Assembly (NCBI GenBank): GCA_035538475.1
Contig: DATLKH010000373.1
Coordinates: forward strand, 1 to 39,183
Origin: Candidatus Dormiibacterota bacterium
Lineage (GTDB): Bacteria > Chloroflexota > Dormibacteria > Dormibacterales > Dormibacteraceae
Direction of reading: 5' to 3'
Length of the DNA: 39,183 bases
The first letter of the stretch is position 1; every line of letters starts with the position of its first letter. The notes beneath the pieces were generated by a model. It did not search any database, had not been told where the DNA came from, and saw nothing but the letters and a program-made list of their open reading frames with translations. The position numbers and the translations under genes are program-made. Shown piece by piece: positions 1 through 8,344 of this stretch.

Positions 1-1593
1 ATCGCAGCTCTTGGCTCACTTGGGATCACCGTCGGACGCATCGGAGTTGCGGCGGGAGCGTGGGCCTCGGCCGTTTCACTAGCCGCGATCTGGATTCCAC
101 TTCGCTCTACGCAGGAGCTCGCTCTGGGTCAGCTGGGCTTCGGTTCCTCCCTTGATGTGCGGATCGATTCGGTTGCGTTCGTCTTCGGGTTGATGATCGC
201 GATCCCCGCATCGATCCTGCTCACTCTTCAGCGCAGCTCATGGCAGGAATCGGCGATCGCGATGCTTGCGCTGACCGCCGCGATGGCCGCGATCGAAGTC
301 GGTGGAGTCGTGCTGACCGCCGTCGCGGGCGGAACTGCGGCCACGCTCGCGCTGGTGCTCCTGGAAACAGAAGACCCGGCGGCACCGCGTCCAAGCTGGG
401 CGGCCTTGCTCGCCGGATGGCTCGCGCTTGCCTGGGTGGGCGTGCTCCTGCAGATCCGCGGCGGCACGGCCGTTTACGCTGCCGTACCGATCTCCACGGT
501 CACGCCTGCCATCTTCGGCCTGCTCGGGGTCTCCGCTCTGGTCGTGTCCGGTCTGTTTCCCTGGCGTGGCTGGCCGGTGCGTTTGTCGCCTCGGCCGAAG
601 CTCGATGCCGCGGGAGTGATCATCGCCACTCTTTTCCCGCTCGGCTTCTACCTGCTCGTTCGCGCATATGAGCTGGGCGACGGCAAGTATCCGCATCCTG
701 CATTCAACGCGACCCTTGCGGTGATCGGAGTTCTCGTCGCCTTCGGGGCAGCGTTGCGGGCCCAGGCGGCGCCGGCGCGGCGCGAATTCTTTGCGCAGGT
801 GGTCTCGGCGTTTGGCGGAATCGCGCTGATGTCGATCGGTCTCGGCACTCCGGTGGGCCTGGTCGCCGGCTTGGTTTTGCTGGCCACCGCCGCCGCCCTC
901 AACACGTGCGTCGCCCTCCTCGGTGACGGCGCAAACGGTGCAACGCTGATCGCGATCGCCGCTTGCGCAGGCCTGCCTCCGGGAATCGCTTTCGGCGCGC
1001 TCGCGCTGAGCATCGAATCGACATTTGAAGCGGGCGATTTTCTTGGCTTCGTCGGACTCTCCGGAATCGTGACCTGGGCAATCTGGGTGGTCGCGTCGGC
1101 GAGAGCTGCCGGTCTGCCGGCGAGCGAGGCATCGACAGCTGAGCGATTTCCCCGAGCGGCTGCGGCGATTGCGCTGGTCACCATGCTGGCTGGTCCTGCA
1201 CTCGCCGCGTTCGCTTACGGATTTGCCGATCCTGTGGCGGCGAGCGTGATGCAGCCGGTCACCGTCTCTTTCGCGACCCGATTCAGTGAGCTGGTCACGA
1301 CATCGACGGTCCTGCCCGCGCTCACCTTGTTTGCACCGTTGCTGCTGATCGCTTTGTTCGCATATCCCGGGCTTGGACTCGCCGCGCTTGAGCTGCAGCC
1401 TCGGCCGCCTGTCATCACCCTTCGCGGACCCGATTGGTGGATCCGCGCCCGGGCCGTGGTGATGGCCGCGAGAATGCCCGAGCAGTACCGCTCGCTCGTC
1501 AATTTCCAGGAACTCGAGAAGGCGGCAGCGAGCGGTAAGCCGTGGCTCTGGATCGCGACACTTGCGGCGCTCGGTTTCGCTGTGACGCGTTGA
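1..1593 (+). CDS. Polytopic membrane protein, 5'-truncated by the window edge; weak resemblance to antiporter-like proton-conducting subunits (NuoL/M/N, MrpA/D)
   Basis: Frame 1 has no stop from nt 1 into the listed ORF 157..1593. The upstream residues (IAALGSLGITVGRIGVAAGAWASAVSLAAIWIPL...) form further TM helices. The segment GLFPWRGWPVRLSPRPKLDAAGVIIATLFPLGFYLLVR loosely recalls the P-x-H-x-W-L-P...A...K-x-G-x-Y-x-x-x-R region of PF00361 proteins. Confidence 0.5.
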   Translation: MAALGSLGITVGRIGVAAGAWASAVSLAAIWIPLRSTQELALGQLGFGSSLDVRIDSVAFVFGLMIAIPASILLTLQRSSWQESAIAMLALTAAMAAIEVGGVVLTAVAGGTAATLALVLLETEDPAAPRPSWAALLAGWLALAWVGVLLQIRGGTAVYAAVPISTVTPAIFGLLGVSALVVSGLFPWRGWPVRLSPRPKLDAAGVIIATLFPLGFYLLVRAYELGDGKYPHPAFNATLAVIGVLVAFGAALRAQAAPARREFFAQVVSAFGGIALMSIGLGTPVGLVAGLVLLATAAALNTCVALLGDGANGATLIAIAACAGLPPGIAFGALALSIESTFEAGDFLGFVGLSGIVTWAIWVVASARAAGLPASEASTAERFPRAAAAIALVTMLAGPALAAFAYGFADPVAASVMQPVTVSFATRFSELVTTSTVLPALTLFAPLLLIALFAYPGLGLAALELQPRPPVITLRGPDWWIRARAVVMAARMPEQYRSLVNFQELEKAAASGKPWLWIATLAALGFAVTR

Positions 1594-2132
1594 TCGAAGG
1601 GATCGCGGCAGTCGCCGCATGGCTCGGCGTCTCGACGATCGTGCTCACCGACGGACGCCTCGGCCTGGCCAGCGGGATGGCCCTCACAACCGTCGCACTC
1701 ACCGTGATCGCGTGGCAATCCGCCGGCGTCTTCGACGCGGCCGCCATCCTGATCGGGGGCGTGGTGGCATCGGGACTGCGCTTTAGATCCGGCCCTGGAG
1801 GATGGAATTTGATGCCACCAGGTTCCACACCGCGACTCGTTCTCCGTGTCGGGTCCGGTGTCCTCGCGTTGTGGGTTGCGGCGACGGTGATGCAGGGATC
1901 GGGCACAGCCTTTCGTTTCGTCGCCATGATCGCAATCGCGCTGCCGGCTGCCCGCATCCTGGCCACGAATGAAATCGCGGCGGCGACCACCGCGACGGGT
2001 GCGCTCGTCCTTGGCATCGCAGTTGCCGCCGCGACGCATGAGGCGTCGCCAGGTCCCGCGCCTTACCTGATCGCCGCACTCGTGGCCGCAGGGGCGGCGT
2101 TGTGGCCCAGGACCGCACCCCGTGGCGCCTGA
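1590..2132 (+). CDS. Hydrophobic membrane protein, function unknown
   Basis: An in-frame TTG at 1590 overlaps the upstream TGA stop (TTGA), which suggests translational coupling. The translation is mostly Ala/Val/Leu/Gly-rich TM segments. Confidence 0.5.
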   Translation: MIEGIAAVAAWLGVSTIVLTDGRLGLASGMALTTVALTVIAWQSAGVFDAAAILIGGVVASGLRFRSGPGGWNLMPPGSTPRLVLRVGSGVLALWVAATVMQGSGTAFRFVAMIAIALPAARILATNEIAAATTATGALVLGIAVAAATHEASPGPAPYLIAALVAAGAALWPRTAPRGA

Positions 2133-3165
2133 ACCGGCGACGCTGGTCGCTTTGATGGTCGCGGGACTGGCCTTTGCGGTCGGGCTTGCTCCCACGCGTC
2201 AGCAGCAGCGCCGGTTGGTGATTCGTGGCACCACCGGACTCGCGGGTGCAGCCATGGTTGCACTTGCTCCCACGCTGATTCTGGCGATTCCGGTGCTGGT
2301 CGGCCTCGGCGTGCTGCATGCATCGGTTGGAGGCAGATCGAAATTCACGGTGCGCCTGCGACCGATTGCAATGGCAGCGGGACTGCTTGCGCTTGCCCTG
2401 CTGTTCGCCGGCGTCGCCGGCCCTGACGTGCTGCAGCGTTTTGCCGCGATAGGCGCCGTCGCAGGGCTCGCGGCGGCGATCGGAGTCGTGCCTTATCTGC
2501 ACGAACTCGACCCCGACGTTCCCGCGTCAGCTTCGCCCATCGCCTGGCTTGCCTTCATCGGACCGCTGCTCGCTTCGGTGGCAGTGCTGCGCGTGGAGCA
2601 GGTGTTGACAGTCGACGCCGACGGCGTGCTTGGCGCAACTTTGATCGGCCTCGGTTTGTTGAACCTGGTCTGGGGCAGCATCTCGGCCTGGCGAACCGAA
2701 ACCGACATCGAGGCGTGGCGGTACTCGTTCGTCGCCGACTGGGGTCTTGCGCTGTGTGGATTCGGTCTGGCTGCAGGCGATGGGCGCAGCGCCGCGGTGC
2801 TGATCCTGTTCACGATCCTGCTCGGCCGGCTCCCGCTGTACCTGGTCTGGCAGCAGTCGGTGCATGAGAAGGTCCCCACCGAAAGACCCATCAATCTCGT
2901 GGTCGCCGGGTTGCTCGCCGGTTCTGCGCCGTTCGCGGGTTTTGCGGGCCGCATCCTGCTCCTGCGGGGCGCCACTCAGATCTACTGGCCGCTGGCAATG
3001 GCCATCGCGATCGGGTTGCTCTTGTGGCTGCCTGGATCGTTGCGATTGGGTCGCAGCATCGGGCTGCCCCGCGCAAGACAGGCGGTTCTCGTCGCGATCG
3101 TGATCGCCTTGAATGTGACCGCCGGCCTTTATCCGCTGCCAATCCTTTCGGCCGCCGGATATTGA
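2122..3165 (+). CDS. Polytopic membrane protein, possibly a second degenerate antiporter-like subunit
   Basis: A GTG start at 2122 overlaps the preceding gene by 11 nt. The protein has more than 8 predicted TM stretches. The segment VPYLHELDPDVPASASPIAWLAFIGPLLASVAVLR resembles the same region noted in the first protein. Confidence 0.5.
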   Translation: MAPEPATLVALMVAGLAFAVGLAPTRQQQRRLVIRGTTGLAGAAMVALAPTLILAIPVLVGLGVLHASVGGRSKFTVRLRPIAMAAGLLALALLFAGVAGPDVLQRFAAIGAVAGLAAAIGVVPYLHELDPDVPASASPIAWLAFIGPLLASVAVLRVEQVLTVDADGVLGATLIGLGLLNLVWGSISAWRTETDIEAWRYSFVADWGLALCGFGLAAGDGRSAAVLILFTILLGRLPLYLVWQQSVHEKVPTERPINLVVAGLLAGSAPFAGFAGRILLLRGATQIYWPLAMAIAIGLLLWLPGSLRLGRSIGLPRARQAVLVAIVIALNVTAGLYPLPILSAAGY

Positions 3166-3971
3166 TCCAGGTCATACAGTCCGCCGGCGCGCATCTGTTG
3201 GCGCTTGCGGTGTATCCAGGGCTGCTGGCCATGCTCGCGTTCGGTGGCGTGGTTGAGCTCGCGTGGATGCGATTGGTGACGCGCGAAAGGGCGATGCCAA
3301 GGCTGCCTCGGCGCCGGCCGGGGCCGGTGGTGGTCACCGTTGCGCTCTGCGCGATGCTCGCCTCAGTCCAGGCGGCGGCTCCACTCAGCCCAATGCTCGC
3401 ACAGGAACGGAGCGTCGTCCTGGCAGCGGCAGGACTTCTCTTCACGACGTGGGCGGAGCTGGCGCTCAGTGTCGAGTACGCCGTGGAGCCAAGGCTGACC
3501 CTCCTGGTTCAGGTTTTCTGGCTGCTCGCGGTTTTGGGTCCGGCGGTTCAGCTCGAGAGCCTGCGCCCGCAGGTTCTGGGTAACGTCCAGGTCTCTGGGC
3601 TGCTTCCGGTCAAGGCCGCGAGCGCATTCCTTTATCTGCTGTGCCTGCCGGCTCTGCTGCGCCTGTGGCCGGTGGTGCCTCCGGGTGAGCGACGCGCGGG
3701 CCCACGTCTGGATGCGGTGCGCGTTCTGAGCTGGTTTCCCTACTGCGGCCTTTTCACGACCCTGTTCATTCCTCCGGCGCCCGACGACCTGCTCGGCGCG
3801 CTGCGCTTCTTCAGCCTCTCGGTGGGGGTGGCGGCGGTGGCGCTGCTGCTCGGAATCGTGTTGAGGCGCCGCGGCGCCCCTGCGACGCGATCGCTGTACA
3901 CCCGCGCTGTGGCGCCTTACGCGGTCGCGGTGCTGATCGGCGTGATCATCACCTCGGTGCTGATGCGCTGA
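3162..3971 (+). CDS. Polytopic membrane protein with a weak NuoH/HycD-like N-terminal motif
   Basis: A TTG at 3162 overlaps the upstream TGA (TTGA). The N-terminal LAWMRLVTRERAMPRLPRRRPGP loosely recalls the ERK-x-x-x-x-x-Q-x-R-x-GPN motif of complex I subunit H. The part of ORF 3024.. upstream of 3162 overlaps the previous gene and is rejected. Confidence 0.45.
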   Translation: MIQVIQSAGAHLLALAVYPGLLAMLAFGGVVELAWMRLVTRERAMPRLPRRRPGPVVVTVALCAMLASVQAAAPLSPMLAQERSVVLAAAGLLFTTWAELALSVEYAVEPRLTLLVQVFWLLAVLGPAVQLESLRPQVLGNVQVSGLLPVKAASAFLYLLCLPALLRLWPVVPPGERRAGPRLDAVRVLSWFPYCGLFTTLFIPPAPDDLLGALRFFSLSVGVAAVALLLGIVLRRRGAPATRSLYTRAVAPYAVAVLIGVIITSVLMR

Positions 3972-4036
3972 GAGGCCAAGAACCGAAACCTTCGGATGGT
4001 CGCGACAAAGGGGCACTCTCGTAAGTGGAAACCCCG

Positions 4037-4052
4037 GATCGTCGCGACGATC
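4037..4052. promoter_or_regulatory. Perfect 16-bp palindrome GATCGTCGCGACGATC upstream of rplU, with a half-site copy GGATGGTCGCGAC at 3994-4006
   Basis: Read directly from the sequence. It lies roughly where a -35 element would be relative to the TACAAT at 4071-4076. Confidence 0.35.
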
Positions 4053-4070
4053 AGAGAAGTCGGCGCTTGG

Positions 4071-4076
4071 TACAAT
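4071..4076 (+). promoter_or_regulatory. Candidate extended -10 element (TGGTACAAT) for the rplU operon
   Basis: TACAAT preceded by TGG. It ends 8 nt before the proposed GTG start at 4085, implying a leaderless or near-leaderless mRNA. No convincing -35 was found. Confidence 0.3.
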
Positions 4077-4084
4077 CACACGCC

Positions 4085-4609
4085 GTGCCCAAGCCAGATA
4101 ACTCGCCGTCTGCCGTCGTGGTCAGCGGCGGCAAGCAGTACAAGGTCGCCCTCGGCGAACGGATCCTGGTCGATCGAATCGCGGCCGAACCGGGTTCGTC
4201 CGTGAAGCTGGACCGGGTTCTTTTGTACGTGGATGGCGAGGGCACCAAGGTGGGCACGCCCGTCGTCGATGGGATCGATGTCGACGCCAAGGTGATCGCC
4301 CACGAGCGCGGACCTCGCACCGAGAGCATTCGCTACAAGTCGAAGAAGCGCGTGCGCGTCCATCGCGGTGGGCGCTCGTACCTGACCGCGCTGGAAATCA
4401 TCGCCGTCGGCGGGATCGGCCGCGAGGAAAAAGCCGGGGACAAAGAGGAAATGGAAGCCGAGCCCAAGCGCGGGCGCGCCAAGAAGGCGGCTCCCAAGAA
4501 GAATGTGGAGGCCAAGGCGGTCGAGCCGGTCGAGGACGAAGAGACCGAAGAGCCGGAGCCGAAAACGCCGAAGCGTTCATCGCGCCGGACCAAGAAGGAA
4601 ACAAAGTAG
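4085..4609 (+). CDS. rplU: 50S ribosomal protein L21 with a ~70-aa Lys/Glu-rich C-terminal tail
   Basis: [24 protein letters not shown]... and [15 protein letters not shown] match the L21 family. A GTG at 4085 gives a normal N-terminus, whereas the ATG at 4025 would add 20 non-conserved residues. Confidence 0.9.
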   Translation: MPKPDNSPSAVVVSGGKQYKVALGERILVDRIAAEPGSSVKLDRVLLYVDGEGTKVGTPVVDGIDVDAKVIAHERGPRTESIRYKSKKRVRVHRGGRSYLTALEIIAVGGIGREEKAGDKEEMEAEPKRGRAKKAAPKKNVEAKAVEPVEDEETEEPEPKTPKRSSRRTKKETK

Positions 4610-4611
4610 AG

Positions 4612-4893
4612 ATGGCACACAAGAAAGGTGGCGGTTCGTCCCGCAACGGTCGTGACTCGAACCCGCAGATGCTGGGCGTCAAGGTCTACGGCGGCCAGCT
4701 GGTCAACGCGGGCACGATCCTCGTCCGTCAGCGCGGCACCAAGATCGCGCCCGGCACCGGTGTCGGACTCGGCCGCGACAACACGCTCTTCGCGCTCGTC
4801 GCCGGTCACGTCAAATACGAACGCGTCGGGAAGGACGGGCGGCGCGTGACGGTGGACGCCGCCGCAACAAGTCAGAACGCCGAACAGAACTAG
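4612..4893 (+). CDS. rpmA: 50S ribosomal protein L27
   Basis: [44 protein letters not shown] is the canonical L27 N-terminus. There is no Prp-cleaved extension. Confidence 0.95.
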   Translation: MAHKKGGGSSRNGRDSNPQMLGVKVYGGQLVNAGTILVRQRGTKIAPGTGVGLGRDNTLFALVAGHVKYERVGKDGRRVTVDAAATSQNAEQN

Positions 4894-4924
4894 CCGAGCT
4901 TTCGTCGATTCGGCCCGCATTCAC

Positions 4925-6136
4925 GTGAGCGGCGGCCATGGCGGCCGTGGCTCCGCATCCTTTCGCCGAGAGCCTTTCGTTCCGCGGGGCGGTCCCGACG
5001 GCGGCGATGGAGGCAGAGGTGGATCGGTGATCGTCGAAGCCACCAACGAGATGCGTGACCTGTCGGAGTACAAGCGCCGGACTCGGTGGCGGGCCGAGGC
5101 CGGATCGGACGGCGCCGGCGGACGCAAGACGGGGCGCAATGGGGCTGACATCCTTTTGAAGGTTCCAGTCGGAACGGTGGCACTGGATGCGGACGGAGCG
5201 CTGATAGCAGATCTCGACCGGCCGCGGGCGCGTGCCGTCGTGGCGCAGGGCGGGGTGGGCGGACGGGGCAACGTTCATTTCAAGAGCTCGACGCGCCGCG
5301 CCCCCGACTTTGCCGAGCCCGGCCTGAAAGGCGAAGAGCGGGAGCTGACGCTGGACTTGAAGCTGATCGCCGACGTCGGGCTCGTCGGGCCGCCGAATGC
5401 GGGCAAGTCATCGCTGCTGCAGTCCCTGACAGCAGCACGGCCGAAGGTCGCCGACTATCCATTCACCACCCTCGATCCGGAGCTGGGTGTCGCCGAAACG
5501 GAAGGCGGTCGCATCGTCATCGCGGACATTCCGGGCTTGATCGAAGGCGCAGCGCGCGGCGCTGGACTCGGACAAAGATTTCTGCGTCACGTGGAGCGCA
5601 CCAAAGCCCTGATTTACGTGCTAGACGGTGCCGCGTCAGATCCATGGAAGCAGCTGGAGACGATTCGCAGCGAAGTCGAACAATTTTCGGCCGGGCTCGC
5701 GAAGCGGCCGCACGTGATCGCGCTCAACAAAGTCGACCTCGAGCCGGCGCGTCGCTTGCGCTCCAGCTCCCGGCGGCGCGATGTGGTTCTCGTTTCCGCA
5801 TTGACGGGCGAGGGACTGCCTGAGCTGTTGGCCGCCGTCAACAAAGTCCTGGCCACAGCCCCTCGGCCTTCGGTTCCCGTGCTCCCATCCGTGACCAAGC
5901 TGCGCCCGCGTCCCAGCAGTGCGATTGCGGTCGAGCGCAAGCCTTACGGCTATCTCGTGCGGAGCGAGAGAGTGGACCGGCTGCTGGAGCGCTACGACCT
6001 CGAGACAGACAGCGGGCTCGCACGATTTCAGTCGGCGATGGATCGGATGGGCGTCAATTCGGCGCTCGAGGCGGCAGGCGTCAGACCGGGTGACACGGTG
6101 CGAATTGGCGATCTCGAATTCGAGTACCAGCCGTGA
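4925..6136 (+). CDS. obg: GTPase Obg/CgtA (Obg fold, G domain, C-terminal OCT-like domain)
   Basis: Gly-rich Obg fold (GGHGGRGSASFRRE...GGPDGGDGGRGG), G1 GPPNAGKSS, G3 DIPG, G4 NKVD. The first canonical start is GTG 4925, but the conserved FVDSARIH is encoded in frame at 4901-4924 (see findings). Confidence 0.9.
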   Translation: MSGGHGGRGSASFRREPFVPRGGPDGGDGGRGGSVIVEATNEMRDLSEYKRRTRWRAEAGSDGAGGRKTGRNGADILLKVPVGTVALDADGALIADLDRPRARAVVAQGGVGGRGNVHFKSSTRRAPDFAEPGLKGEERELTLDLKLIADVGLVGPPNAGKSSLLQSLTAARPKVADYPFTTLDPELGVAETEGGRIVIADIPGLIEGAARGAGLGQRFLRHVERTKALIYVLDGAASDPWKQLETIRSEVEQFSAGLAKRPHVIALNKVDLEPARRLRSSSRRRDVVLVSALTGEGLPELLAAVNKVLATAPRPSVPVLPSVTKLRPRPSSAIAVERKPYGYLVRSERVDRLLERYDLETDSGLARFQSAMDRMGVNSALEAAGVRPGDTVRIGDLEFEYQP

Positions 6137-6744
6137 AGATAGGAATCCTCGGCGGGACGTTCGATCCGATTCACCGCGGCCACCTGGCGGCGGCGCACGT
6201 GGCGATGGAATGCGCCGGGCTCGATCGGGTGCTGTTCATCCCCAGCGCCACTCCGCCACATCGCGAGCCCGCGCTCGCCACGCCCGATCAGCGTCTCGAC
6301 ATGACGCGCCTCGCCATCAGCGTCGAGCCGCGCTTCGAGGTCTCGGATATCGAGGTCAAACGAGGCGGTCGTTCCTATACGGTCGACACCCTGCGTGGGC
6401 TTCGCGATCTGTATCCGCATGACAAGCTCTATCTGATCCTTGGATGGGACGCGGCGAAGCTTTTCGAAAGCTGGCGAGAACCAGACGAGATCCGGCGCCT
6501 TGCATCGGTCATAGTCGTGACTCGGCCTGGCAGCGGCCCGCTCACGGAGATCGGACTCGAAGCCGCAGGCCTGGAAGCCCCGTCGGACACGGTCTGCGAG
6601 GGGGAGACGCCTGACATTTCCGCGAGCGAGCTTCGGGGCGCGATTGCAGGCGGCGAGCGGGTGAGCAACTGGCTGCCCGACCCCGTCCGGCAGTACATCG
6701 CCGAGCACGGGTTATACGGGGATAATCGACAAGTTGGCTGCTGA
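6133..6744 (+). CDS. nadD: Nicotinate-nucleotide adenylyltransferase
   Basis: MKIGILGGTFDPIHRGHL (the (H/T)xGH motif) and a C-terminal ISASELR. A GTGA overlap with the obg stop. Confidence 0.9.
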   Translation: MKIGILGGTFDPIHRGHLAAAHVAMECAGLDRVLFIPSATPPHREPALATPDQRLDMTRLAISVEPRFEVSDIEVKRGGRSYTVDTLRGLRDLYPHDKLYLILGWDAAKLFESWREPDEIRRLASVIVVTRPGSGPLTEIGLEAAGLEAPSDTVCEGETPDISASELRGAIAGGERVSNWLPDPVRQYIAEHGLYGDNRQVGC

Positions 6745-7111
6745 CCGAGCCCGGCGACTCACTCCCTTGCAGCTGGCGCGTCTATTGCGGAGCGCTGCGG
6801 CGGAGAAGAAAGCCTGGGATCCGGTGATCCTGGACGTGCGCGATCAAACGTCGGTCGCCGACTACTTCGTCATCTGTGAAGGCGAGACGGATCGCCAGGT
6901 CCGTGCCATCGCGGACGGCATGATGGAAGCGGCGAAGCAAAGAGATCGCAGGCCGCTGGCCGTCGACGGCTATGAGGACGCGGGATGGATTCTGCTCGAC
7001 TTCGATTCGGTGCTCGCGCACGTCTTCCTCCCCGGTGAACGCTCGTACTACGACCTCGAGAGCTTGTGGGCGCCCGCGGCGAAACGAAGGAAGAAGGCGG
7101 CGAGCGCTTAG
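6734..7111 (+). CDS. rsfS: Ribosome silencing factor RsfS (iojap family)
   Basis: DPVILDVRDQTSVADYFVICEGETDRQVRAIAD...WILLDFDSVLAHVFLPGERSYYDLESLW is typical RsfS. It sits in the conserved position after nadD. Confidence 0.9.
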   Translation: MAADRARRLTPLQLARLLRSAAAEKKAWDPVILDVRDQTSVADYFVICEGETDRQVRAIADGMMEAAKQRDRRPLAVDGYEDAGWILLDFDSVLAHVFLPGERSYYDLESLWAPAAKRRKKAASA

Positions 7112-7464
7112 ATCAGCTGCGCGTAGCGGTCGTAGATTTCTCGCAGCTCAGCCGGCGGCTCGACTCGATGTTTCTTCATCACATCGAACAGGCTGAGGAT
7201 GTGACGCACTCCGGCGAGGGTCACTCCTTTTTCGCGCGTCAGATGCTGAATCACCTGCACTTTGCTGATATCGCGCGGCGAGTAGCGACGCCGGTTCGTG
7301 TTGGTGCGATGCGGTTCGATCAGTTGGGCGTCCTCGTAAAGCATCAGCGTTCGTGGGTGCGTTTCCAGAATCTCGGCGGCAACACTGATCGTGTACAGCG
7401 GCTTGTCGAGATCGCTGAAAGATTGGTTGTTGTTGCCGCGATGGCCGCGATTGTTCATGTGCAT
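7108..7464 (-). CDS. MerR-family transcriptional regulator, HspR-like
   Basis: LYTISVAAEILETHPRTLMLYEDAQLIEPHRTNTNRRRYSPRDISKVQVIQHLTREKGVTLAGVRHI aligns by eye with the HspR HTH region. An ATG at 7464 shares one nt with the tadC stop (TGATG). The longer ORF starting at 7536 would overlap tadC. Confidence 0.8.
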   Translation of the reverse strand: MHMNNRGHRGNNNQSFSDLDKPLYTISVAAEILETHPRTLMLYEDAQLIEPHRTNTNRRRYSPRDISKVQVIQHLTREKGVTLAGVRHILSLFDVMKKHRVEPPAELREIYDRYAQLI

Positions 7465-8339
7465 CAGCGGAACGAATTCAAAACTTGAACGATGGCTGGG
7501 CCAAGGAGAACGATCCACAACACCGGAAAGATGCATCCCACCATCGGAAAAACCATACGGGACGAGGCTTGCGCAGCCCGCTCTTGTGCGCCCTGGCGCT
7601 GACGGCGTCGCATCTCGGTGGCTTGAACGCGTAGAAGTCGGGCGATGGGAACACCCATCTGGTCGGACTGGACGATCGATTCGACGAGATGATGCAGGTC
7701 CGGCACGCCGGCGCTCTCGGCCATGCTTTCGAGGGCCGCCATGCGCGGACGCCCCAACCTGATTTCGCGCAAAACCTTGCCGATCTCGTCGCCCAACGCG
7801 TTGTGGAATCGCTCGGTGATGCTCAGCAATCCTTCGTCGAGGCTCATTCCAGACTCGACGACAAGGGTCAGCAAGTCGGTGGCCTCGGCGAGCGACTTCT
7901 GGATCTCACGCCGGCGCTGGCCGATGCGCTGCTCGATCCAGAGGTTGGGCAGGATGAAACCGACGGCCGCAAACAACGCGCCCGCCAGTGGCGCGGCAAT
8001 CACTATCGGCAGGCCGGTCCGAACGATCGCTCCAAGCGCAAGCCCGACCACGGCCATCAAGGCGGCCACGCTGTAGCGGACCGACTGGAACGCGGCTGGT
8101 GTGAAGCCGGCGGGGTTGCCCGCCTGGTTGAGCTTGCGCCGAAGCTGGACCGCAGTCCCCGCCGGGAGCCGTGACACCGGTCGAAAGAAAACCTCGATCC
8201 GCCTCAGCAGAGTCGGTCTTGGCGCCTGGGTGACGTGGCCGCCGTTGGCGGCTGCCGTGCGCATCTGGTCGATCGCGATGAAGTAAGTGATCACGACCAC
8301 CGCACTGATCAGACCGGCGCTCACTGCAATTGGAGACAT
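7464..8339 (-). CDS. tadC: Type II secretion system F-family membrane protein (TadC-like)
   Basis: T2SSF-type sequence (EIQKSLAEATDLLTLVVESGMSLDEGL...) flanked by TM helices. It is the second of two tandem T2SSF genes. Confidence 0.8.
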   Translation of the reverse strand: MSPIAVSAGLISAVVVITYFIAIDQMRTAAANGGHVTQAPRPTLLRRIEVFFRPVSRLPAGTAVQLRRKLNQAGNPAGFTPAAFQSVRYSVAALMAVVGLALGAIVRTGLPIVIAAPLAGALFAAVGFILPNLWIEQRIGQRRREIQKSLAEATDLLTLVVESGMSLDEGLLSITERFHNALGDEIGKVLREIRLGRPRMAALESMAESAGVPDLHHLVESIVQSDQMGVPIARLLRVQATEMRRRQRQGAQERAAQASSRMVFPMVGCIFPVLWIVLLGPAIVQVLNSFR

Positions 8340-8344
8340 GTTGG

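Noticed and set aside
238-1620. Long antisense and alternative-frame ORFs opposite real genes throughout the window (for example 238..1620 -, 1215..2195 -, 8330..9310 +, 13060..13809 -, 14316..15122 -, 16574..18031 +, 22201..23619 -, 33445..34443 -, 35220..36170 +)
   Set aside because: Their translations are Arg/Pro/Gly/His-rich low-complexity strings with no recognisable motifs. This is typical of stop-poor off-frames in high-GC DNA. Each is fully covered by a gene on the other strand or frame that has clear family signatures.
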